From NCBI GenBank assembly GCA_002633005.1, contig NMRA01000465.1, positions 222,472 to 286,471 on the forward strand: a DNA stretch of 64,000 bases, read 5' to 3'. This document shows positions 27,601 through 36,589 of this stretch, in pieces. Below the pieces are notes generated by a model. It had not been told where the DNA came from. It ran no database searches and saw only the letters and a list, made by a program, of their open reading frames with translations. The stretch's first letter is position 1, and the number at the start of each line of letters is the position of its first letter. Origin of the DNA: Phoronis australis. Its lineage: Eukaryota; Animalia; Phoronida. Both the position numbers and the translations under genes were made by a program.

Positions 27601-27866
27601 TGCGATATAGTTATAGTTCGATCAACACATCAATATTTCCAAACGTGCAAAATAAAACGAAAGAAACCTCAACCAACTTTAAACAACTTCACCAGCACGA
27701 GAAGGAACGAGAAGGTTTTTTCACGCGGAATGAAAATTAGACAATCAATACACAGTAAGACAGTAAGCCTGCGCTGAATACAACTATAAGGTGGTCGATG
27801 ACAGTAACTGTTACCTGCAATCAGTACCAGGCCGCCAAGAAGTATCATAAGTACTTTAGTTCTCAT
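21700..27866 (-). CDS. BRICHOS-domain precursor protein (~230 aa): signal/anchor, linker, BRICHOS, C-terminal beta-hairpin-like peptide
   Basis: Exons 27815-27866 (MRTKVLMILLGGLVLIA), 25722-25930 (..IREYDVTIKHGSEVVVVKMLPDKSTNTLRFHVPMSRSISATDNLVDFTS), 24932-25027 (GYVAMNVLNHDLVLILRW..), 22445-22616 (..IVSVMGQHIGEFCLENPSHMLL..), 21700-21863 (..KVVELNLKLDVLGQLIKVTGKVEETSIK*). Intron phases 1,0,0,1 join into one 693-nt frame. The DFxxGxxA and GxxIxxFCxxxPx(Y/H)xL motifs are typical of BRICHOS. AATAAA lies on the minus strand at ~21317-21322. Confidence 0.8.
26024..27343 (+). repeat. 234-bp direct repeat (26024-26257 and 27110-27343) flanking the LINE fragment
   Basis: Both copies run ATTCATTCAAAGCCTGTGG...CTCGCTGGKGGAGCTGGC, with about 10 substitutions by eye. 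Confidence 0.92.
26258..27118 (+). mobile_element. 5'-truncated CR1/L2-group (Crack-like) LINE: ORF2 C-terminus plus 3' UTR
   Basis: Open frame 26260-26808 (HIHHITKKLSKKIGVLKRL..IQPHIDYCLPVW..IQNRAAR..IIWNSF..FKVNVKKWL*), typical of the post-RT region; 3' stem-loop CCTCTT..AAGAGG and an ATTCATTCA tail. Confidence 0.85.
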
Positions 27867-28309
27867 TTTGTTCTATATTACATGCAGGCATTTTACTGCA
27901 AGACGACAGGAACAGTTGATATCAGGCGTGGGAGATGACAAGTTTTGCTTATCGTTTTGCCACGGAAAAAGATTAGGCATTACGCATTTACGCTGCCGGC
28001 CTTTGTGGTCTGTGCACGACTGGTTCAAGGTGGTAATATATCTTCTCAGTTGCAACTGAAACGAAACTGGTTTTGTGAAACGGAAGCTCTGCCCAAAGTA
28101 GACAACGCAGTATTTCCATTCTCTGGGACTGAACCAAGGCAATCATTGTATTCTTTGAAGTTATCAATAGCTGACATTAAACTATATCAAGCTTGCGCTG
28201 TCAGAATAATTTTTAACTGGCTTCTGTACACGTGTTTCAGTTCAAAATTGTTGTTTTTGACATTGATAATAATTAGAATGGAGTGTTGAAGGAGAACCAT
28301 GTTACATTT

Positions 28310-28590
28310 CATGCGCGCACCCAGCCTTCAATATGGGGAGCTCGAATTCCTAACGTTTGTGGACCTTTTGGTAACAAAATAGCCGGGGGACTAAAAAAAA
28401 TTAAAAAAAAACAAAAAAAACGGGCGCACCACTGTGAATTGCGCGTTTGTGCTAATTAGTGAACTTTTGTCTCATTTTCTCCGACCTTTTTGTTTCTCAC
28501 AGGCGGACCTTTTTGCCCACTTCGCCAAATGAGGGGGGGGGGGGGNGGGGGGGCTCGTTCGAGCCCTCCGAGCCCCCGTGGGTGCATTTT
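28310..28590 (+). repeat. Dispersed repeat (MITE-like), copy 2
   Basis: Begins CATGCGCGCACCC; direct-orientation homologue of 19555-19762. Confidence 0.75.
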
Positions 28591-29663
28591 TGAAGTGTTT
28601 GGATTTTTCTTTTACACTGAATGTATCTTTTAGTTGATTTCCATAAAAAACGAAACACTTCAATAACCGCAGGTGTGACGTTCTGTGCAAGTCAAACAAT
28701 AGAAACATTTTGTGTCCGTCAGGCTGAAGTGCTGCATTAATAGTTTATTATCTGTTTCTGACATCATCGCTCAGTTTGAACCACACTGTCGTGTATAACG
28801 TGATTTCGGCTAAAACGTTGCTACACTCTTTGGCAGCGCCGCCTCGCAAATGTGCTCACGAAATGCTTTCAGCCCTTTGGTTAGTCATGTGAGCTTCAAG
28901 TCAAGACTACCAGCCTTCTGATTAGATGAAAGCAAAGTAACCCATCATTGTTAGACGACAGACACTGCGACAGTGTATAAACATCTACAAGTTTCTCATC
29001 CAATGAGCACAGGTATCAGAAGTGAAAAGCTAAGAAACACGGCTTGAGGATGAAAATGAACTGAAAATGTTCAACGGTAAAAATACCTTCGAAAAAGGAC
29101 ACATGCTTTAGTTGCATGCTTAATGAATTATACGTCAATCGTTTATGTTGTCTGGATTGGTGAGTGAGAGAGTGAACACTTGTCTGAGTGATTGGCACAA
29201 TGTTATGAGGAGCCTGGACTTCAGTAACAATTGCTGAATTTAATCGAGATCAATATATTGGTTATCATATCCCTCCACCAGGTCATTATCACGTTTTTTG
29301 GGTTTAAAAACTACCACACTTGTCGAGTGCAAAATTTAACAATTCTTTTATTATTTGATTGTATCCGCTCATGGAAGAAAACGTAAATTTGAAACAACGT
29401 TACCATATAGTAACGGTCAATATTACGACTTATTGACTCCATAATATTGGTTTATAGCTCCATAATCTGTGCAAATAACATATCGTAATAACACTTGTTG
29501 TGGCAATATGTTTTGAAGGGCAGTAGTTACTTACTGGAGTCCCGGATTTTGAGAATCAGTTTGTTGCCGGTTATTCAGTGGAGAAACTGGTTCTGAAAGT
29601 ACCGGACCCCATTATGTGACTAATACCATTTGGAGGGTCTGGACTACAATAACAGTGCCTTAA

Positions 29664-31112
29664 AGGCGAAGGCAACCTTTTTCCATGTCATTTTGAGCTA
29701 AAATAAGGTTGGTTGGTTATCCTAGACATATTTTCCACTTAATTACAGCTTTTCGTAATTTTATTAATTACTCGTCCGCTACTCCGGAAGTGACGCTTTA
29801 GGAGGCAAGCATTTCGCGCCAATTTCTTTTCATATAGTCTGACTGTGAGAGCTGCCGAGTCAGTCATTGTTCTACCTCGGTTGTGTTAAGTTCCGTCGTC
29901 GTTTGCTTTCATTTACTAGTCAGTCAACATGCCACACTGTTGCTGCNNNNNNNNNNNNNNNNNNNNNNNNNNNNNNNNNNNNNNNNNNNNNNNNNNNNNN
30001 NNNNNNNNNNNNNNNNNNNNNNNNNNNNNNNNNNNNNNNNNNNNNNNNNNNNNNNNNNNNNNNNNNNNNNNNNNNNNNNNNNNNNNNNNNNNNNNNNNNN
30101 NNNNNNNNNNNNNNNNNNNNNNNNNNNNNNNNNNNNNNNNNNNNNNNNNNNNNNNNNNNNNNNNNNNNNNNNNNNNNNNNNNNNNNNNNNNNNNNNNNNN
30201 NNNNNNNNNNNNNNNNNNNNNNNNNNNNNNNNNNNNNNNNNNNNNNNNNNNNNNNNNNNNNNNNNNNNNNNNNNNNNNNNNNNNNNNNNNNNNNNNNNNN
30301 NNNNNNNNNNNNNNNNNNNNNNNNNNNNNNNNNNNNNNNNNNNNNNNNNNNNNNNNNNNNNNNNNNNNNNNNNNNNNNNNNNNNNNNNNNNNNNNNNNNN
30401 NNNNNNNNNNNNNNNNNNNNNNNNNNNNNNNNNNNNNNNNNNNNNNNNNNNNNNNNNNNNNNNNNNNNNNNNNNNNNNNNNNNNNNNNNNNNNNNNNNNN
30501 NNNNNNNNNNNNNNNNNNNNNNNNNNNNNNNNNNNNNNNNNNNNNNNNNNNNNNNNNNNNNNNNNNNNNNNNNNNNNNNNNNNNNNNNNNNNNNNNNNNN
30601 NNNNNNNNNNNNNNNNNNNNNNNNNNNNNNNNNNNNNNNNNNNNNNNNNNNNNNNNNNNNNNNNNNNNNNNNNNNNNNNNNNNNNNNNNNNNNNNNNNNN
30701 NNNNNNNNNNNNNNNNNNNNNAAGGTCTCCGTCACTCACACTACTGTCACTGTGATACGGGTCACCGACTCCAGCCATTTTCAGCTTACAACACACTAAA
30801 CAATCCCTAAATCCAACGTATTTGAGTTCTCTACTAACCTATCTTGCCGCAGAATACTCGCCGATGGAAAGTGGTGGCGACAATTGTTGAAAAACAGCAC
30901 AAAACAAAAGTAGAATAGAACAGATTCGCACGGTAAAGTCAACGCAAAACCAAGTGGCGGGAAACGCTTGCGTCCTAAAACGTCACTTCCGGAGAAGCGG
31001 ACGAGTAACTTATAAAATTACGAAAAGCTGTAATTAAGTGGAAAGTATGTTTAGGATAACCAACCAACCTTATTTTAGCTCAAAATGACATGGAAAAAGG
31101 TTGCCTTCGCCT
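29664..31112. mobile_element. TTAA-flanked DNA transposon with ~160-bp TIRs (Kolobok-like), interior partly in the gap
   Basis: TTAA|AGGCGAAGGCAACCTTTTTCCATGTCATTTTGAGC... and ...GCTCAAAATGACATGGAAAAAGGTTGCCTTCGCCT|TTAA; near-perfect TIRs; purine-start termini with TTAA TSD. Confidence 0.85.
29947..30721. other. Assembly gap (N run)
   Basis: Run of n bases. Confidence 1.
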
Positions 31113-31524
31113 TTAACACTGATAATATAAATATCTTTAAAAGAGCAACTTTACAAAACTTGTATGGGAAAGTGAAAAAATAACCTCGGAAAAAATAGAC
31201 GTACCTTGTTACAAAGAAATCATACAGGGCAATGGTTAATGTACGTTATCCTGAGTTTAATAAAATCTTACATACTCTGGTTACTAGCTTCAATGTAATA
31301 ACATTAAACGATTCACGTTGGACATTTTGACTAGTCATTCCAGTTTATGTTCAAAATCTGGATTAGTCTCTGGCAGGTCAAACGACACTTGGTATCAATC
31401 AATAAATAAATCCAGTGTTATAGTGACATGGCACGACTTTTTCTATCTACAGTCGCTGCACAGCGCGCCTACTGTCATCGTCTTGTCCCACACATTAAAA
31501 ACCACAACCGTAAACAGTACACAA

Positions 31525-33651
31525 TCACAATCTCTCCTCCACGGTAGGTGGGTCTGGGTACTGTCGGTCAACCTCTTTCTTTAATTCTTGTAAATATTCC
31601 ACAATTTTCTTCAGTTGATTTGGATCAGTAGGTAATCCGGATTCTTTTAAAGTTTCTTCTAGTCGGGTATTTCTGATCGAAGGATCAACTTTTCTTTCAA
31701 ACCTCATTTTAGCATTAGGAAGATTCTGGATACGATACCAAAAGAACATAAACGACCACGTGATCAACTTGACTAAAACAATCGACATTACTTGGTGACG
31801 TAAAGGCCACGTAAGTCTTGCCCTTATCTCCGCCATTCTATTAGATTCCCACAGGTCAACAAAAGCCACGGAAGCCATTGATGTCACAATCATTGGCAGC
31901 CAAACTCTTGGAAGAAAATTTCTCACTACAGACAACTCCGTAGCTACAGGATGAACCGCCAGCAGCGACAATATATTGACAAATTTGGATGTGTCACAGA
32001 GTAAGACAAAGCAGCAGAAAAGCTTGAGGGAATACCGGAAGGTGATTGCCCGCTTATAGAAGTAAATTACTGGGAATAATAGTAACAGATAGACAGAAAA
32101 TGAAATATAATAAAACGCTGCGTGTATTGAACACGGAATCGCAGTCAGTATCATGAAAATAAGACGACGAATAAAACCATTGAATGTTTTAGTAGGTGCC
32201 AGCATAAAAACTACAAATACGCAAAAAATAAAAAAAAGTCCGTCAGCAGAAGATTTTGCAAAATTTCTTCCACAAAATTGATATAATTTTTGATTAACTG
32301 GCAAAAATTGTCTGCCAAATAAGTTAGCAACTGACTCATTCTGCGCCAGCTTTGTCCATTGGACAGTAGACAAAAATAACCAAAGTTTAGTATCACTCAC
32401 GCTAGCCATATCAGCTAAGACCTTCCACATAATTATTCCAGAATTTGTCCCTACTGTTGTGTGGTAAGGAATTCCTTTGGCCAAGTAACGGTTCAAAATG
32501 GCCGCCAAAAGAGACGAGTCTGGCAATGCATTCTGGGTGATTATGGGCTTGAAGACGTCATCAGGGAAATAGCGTTTCATTCCTTCGACATTAAATGCCA
32601 CAAAATCATCTGTGGCGTCCGGGTTAAGTTGGTCATTTCCAGTGGCAACAGAAGACAACTGCGTTGTAGCTCTCGTAGGGCTCAATCCCATGCGAACAGT
32701 GTCGAAAACTTTCGAGAAAGCTGTTGTACTCTGAACTCTCTTGGTGTCTGTTTCAATCAAATCAAATCGAAATATGACTTTTTTCTCATTCTGAAAATAT
32801 ATGGTATAGCTGTACCACGACTTCTGCAAAAACAGCCTCATAGTGTATATGATTTGAACCAAATAAACTAGGTCAAGTGACGTATACTGAAATAACAACT
32901 TTTCAGGAAAAAGAATCAACGAGAGTAACGCAAGAGCTAAGACATTACCTCTTCGCCAATGCACAAAACCGATCAAGGTTAAAATGATCTCAATATAGAT
33001 CAAAATGTATAGCTTGAATACAAGTGCAGTAATAACTAACGTGCCGTATATGCCAACAGTGCAAAATATCTCCCGCTGCTTGGACGGAAACGTGGCACAA
33101 GGTACCCATAACCTTAACAGTAACCAAGAAAAGAATGATATGGAAATCATGAACAGGTGAAATGTGAATTCCTGAAGCGATTTGAATCCATATGTTGGTG
33201 GAGCTAAGGCCATAGTTTCGTATTTCAGACGGAGAGTTTCGTAAAGCAGCCCCACACTTGGTATTGTCCAACTTCCGGAAGTAATCAGCGCCAACGACAC
33301 GACTGTTGGTACCATTTTAATGCATGTGCACTCGTAAGTCTCTGACGACACCATCAGCGGGACTAACTCTTCATGGCAAGGGTTACAAGTCGTTTTCTGA
33401 ATAACTGCTTCCAATGAGACATTCGAATACCCCAAATTGTCTATGTCTGACAACAGTTGGAAAGTTCCGCCACATATGTTCGAACTTGCCGAACTTTCAC
33501 GAGTAGTGAAAAGTTCTACTCCATCCAGCAACAACCGGAAGCAGACAACAGAAATGATAAACAAACCAGATTGCACTAATCGGTCAGCCAAGCTTGAAGT
33601 ACATTTAAGAGGCCACCGATATCCACGACTGCGCACAACGACAATTTTCAT
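31525..33651 (-). CDS. Uncharacterised multi-pass membrane protein (~708 aa), single coding exon
   Basis: Stop-free 2.4-kb ORF (31525-33921) in AT-rich DNA. A pyrimidine tract plus CAG acceptor (~33657-33675) is followed by CTACCATG at 33651, which points to an upstream non-coding exon and a start at MKIVVVRS. The protein has two clusters of hydrophobic segments, a Cys-containing loop after the first TM and a charged C-terminal tail. Confidence 0.8.
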   Translation of the reverse strand: MKIVVVRSRGYRWPLKCTSSLADRLVQSGLFIISVVCFRLLLDGVELFTTRESSASSNICGGTFQLLSDIDNLGYSNVSLEAVIQKTTCNPCHEELVPLMVSSETYECTCIKMVPTVVSLALITSGSWTIPSVGLLYETLRLKYETMALAPPTYGFKSLQEFTFHLFMISISFFSWLLLRLWVPCATFPSKQREIFCTVGIYGTLVITALVFKLYILIYIEIILTLIGFVHWRRGNVLALALLSLILFPEKLLFQYTSLDLVYLVQIIYTMRLFLQKSWYSYTIYFQNEKKVIFRFDLIETDTKRVQSTTAFSKVFDTVRMGLSPTRATTQLSSVATGNDQLNPDATDDFVAFNVEGMKRYFPDDVFKPIITQNALPDSSLLAAILNRYLAKGIPYHTTVGTNSGIIMWKVLADMASVSDTKLWLFLSTVQWTKLAQNESVANLFGRQFLPVNQKLYQFCGRNFAKSSADGLFFIFCVFVVFMLAPTKTFNGFIRRLIFMILTAIPCSIHAAFYYISFSVYLLLLFPVIYFYKRAITFRYSLKLFCCFVLLCDTSKFVNILSLLAVHPVATELSVVRNFLPRVWLPMIVTSMASVAFVDLWESNRMAEIRARLTWPLRHQVMSIVLVKLITWSFMFFWYRIQNLPNAKMRFERKVDPSIRNTRLEETLKESGLPTDPNQLKKIVEYLQELKKEVDRQYPDPPTVEERL

Positions 33652-34753
33652 GGTAGCTGAAATAAAAAAGCAAGGTTTATTTCCGTGATACGCACAACGT
33701 AACATTCGTCCGTGATAAAAAGTTCGATCTTGTAAAAAATTAACAGTAAAGACAACGGAAGGCATACACTCCATCAAATTATTGAAATGTGAGCCATTTA
33801 AAGTGATGTACGTCGTCTTCGTGTGTAATATCATATCAAGCGTATCACTTTTACAGATGGAACCTCGTACAAAACACCAATTACAGATGCATCGTTGTGT
33901 CCAAATAGTGAAAACAAGCATGTTTAATTAGCACTACGTACCTCGTTAAAGCTAACTCCAATAATTTCTGATAGGTAAGTGAGATGTTGGCACGTGCACT
34001 CTGCAGGTGATAAAGATTACGAAGATTTAAGGTAGGGAAAGGCACAGCTGATGGCAGCTGATAACGAAGAGCGTTATCTTTTCACTTGACTAGGGCCGCA
34101 GTTACAACTGTGTAATTGTGTGCAGAAGGCAACCTAAATCGCCAAATCGACCTCGTGCAATAAGTTTTTCAACACATTCTACTAAATTACACATTTCTAT
34201 TCGCAGGTTATTTCTGTGCAAATTCCCAAGGGATGAACTAAATTTGTATACAAATGGCACGAATTGTTGAAAGGATGCAAAACGCCGACCATTTCGGTGA
34301 GTTACCATCTGCTCCTGCATTAGCAATACATCTGGTGAAAGGTAAAACAGTAAAGCTTAAAGAGGCATTTAGCCCTGTTTAACGAACGAAAATACTAGGC
34401 CATCGGCTCTCAAGAAATTGAGCTAATAGTATTAGTTACCGCGATCAGATTCAAATGCGTTCCATTATCAAGCCAAATCACCGGCAATGCGTACACGCGT
34501 CATTTTCGAATTTGCAATTTTAGAGTTCGCCAAGAAAAACCCCGATTAACTTAGAAGCGAATTCTTGAATCGGTAATTATTTCGCTGTTCTTGTTAGTAA
34601 CTAAATCAATTCCTGTCAAGGTGAGGAATATTATGAGAACAATTTTATGAAAATAAAAGGCCTACTTTGATTTTCGTTCTTATCCAGCTAAACAGGAGAA
34701 GCGTAACCTTAGATGTGCCTCCAGTCAACACTAGGTGACGAGACCGGCTCGTA

Positions 34754-34828
34754 CCTCGCTGGTTCCCTACGTGCCTAGCCAGCACGCTGTCTACCGACCA
34801 CCTAGTGGCACACAGGGAACCAGCGAGG
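34754..34828. repeat. Short hairpin (CCTCGCTGGTTCCCT..GTGCC / GGCAC..AGGGAACCAGCGAGG) containing a CTCF-like motif
   Basis: Perfect 15-bp inverted arms; GCCACTAGGTGGTC on the minus strand at 34796-34809; one arm recurs at ~41282. Confidence 0.6.
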
Positions 34829-35649
34829 ACTCGTACACGAGTCGACTCAGCAAAACTGCCACCGCTGAACAACATATCGTGGAGTCAGAAAGCTTTTGGA
34901 GCCTTAGACTGAAAGTCACTAGTATATAATGCTATTCGGTGGGTACTGGGAAGGACATTAAAATAATTTGCTATACTGTTGCGGTAGCGTAAATTGTGAT
35001 TACAATCTACATTCTTACTCACAGTATCTTTCTAGATTTTAAATTTAGTATTGCATTTGCTCTCTCTAAAAATCAGATCGCCGTTGACAATTGACGAATC
35101 ACTGTGCCAGTTACCTGGAAAGTGGTTATGAGATAAATTCACAAGTAAGGGAAGCAGCGAAAGTGCAGCCCACCTATGAAAGGTATAAATAGAGATATTG
35201 CTTTTGAAGCCGGGTTTCACAAAATATTGTCTTTTCAACTGAAAATACCCGGCGCGCATGGAATTTAATTACCATGTTGAGATAACTGTGAGCGAATATC
35301 AATAAGTTATTACACGCTATTGCTGGTTTACGTAAAATGTTTGGGTCACAACGCGGGCACTGTGGCTCGCTTTTTGCAATATCTCTAGTTCTCTCGCTCA
35401 AAACGTGGTCACGCTTGCTGATTTGGCAACTTCAGTGATTATACTCAAATCTCCTCGTTTGAAAAATAATGAGAACATTACTTAGTTTGTGATGTAGCAG
35501 TAGTTGTATCAGTATCAGATAATACGCCATGATATCCAAAGCGGCTTCTGCATGTGTATACAGACCATCTCTCCAATCATCCCATTGTCCTGTTTGTACT
35601 CGAAAGAGCCTTCCGTTGTCAGGTAGGACATGAGCATTTTACCGACATT

Positions 35650-36190
35650 TATACGCTATGAAAAACAAGACGCACAATTTCCTTAAAAACGATATTTCAA
35701 TTCAGTGAAATTTTTCTCTCATGTTCTCTAACTTGTTAATCACCGATCTCCAATTTGAATGGGGGTATCGTGTTGTCGGGATCCTTTGACATGAGCAGTA
35801 TACTTAGTTACCAGTGGGAACCTACTTTAGCAGACGATATTTTCACGGTCGAAGCTTAGCGTGATAAAATGTGTAGTAAGCTATAATAGTTGCTAAACGT
35901 TAATTTATAGATTCACTTTATTTTTATTTTGTTTAAATTTTCAATTGGTTTTGAGTAAAAGCATTATTTGACAAAAAAGGTCGGCTTTTCTTAAAATGTC
36001 ACGACCTCCGACCCCGGGCCTCTGACATAGAAAGTAGTTACAAAGACGAGGCGAGTCGAGAAAGGGAGATCGATTCATTGCAATGTTTCTCGTTTAGTAT
36101 GTGGTATAAATAGATTATTACATGTTCTCAGTCGTTATCCCCCTTATCTAGAGCCCTCGTTGATTTTGGAGAATTATCACCCTCTGGACC
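35650..36190 (+). repeat. Dispersed repeat, inverted homologue of 63280-63810
   Basis: For example ACGACCTCCGACCCCGGG and TATGTGGTATAAATAGATTATTACATGTTCTCAG match the reverse complement of the 63.3-63.8 kb segment. Confidence 0.85.
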
Positions 36191-36589
36191 TGGTTGCATG
36201 TTGAGTATTATTTATATTGCTGCATTTTTATTACTTTAAACTATTTTGGGAAAGTTTGATAATTGGACCGGCTAAAAACCTTGGAGTCAATATTCACCTA
36301 CTGGTACCTTTTGAATTGTCAAAATAATCCCGGGAGAGCAGCGCAGAAAACAATATCACATGGCAATATTGCACTCGACTTAGTCAAGAGTACTGGATAA
36401 AAGACTGGAATAAGTGTACACATCACGTGGTCTTTTGAAATGCTACAAAGGACCAGCGCGGTCTCGTTTTCGAGACGTTCATCAAACTCATATGCCACAA
36501 GACTTCAAGACCAGTCTAGATGCTCAACAATCCAGCTAAGAGAATCTACGAGATTGCGTCGTCCATTACCTAACGGCACACGAAGTGTC

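Noticed and set aside
29867-30810. Long poly-X ORFs
   Set aside because: Artefacts of the N gap.
33652-33921. First 90 codons of the 798-aa ORF
   Set aside because: Probably intronic read-through: a strong acceptor lies just before ATG 33651.
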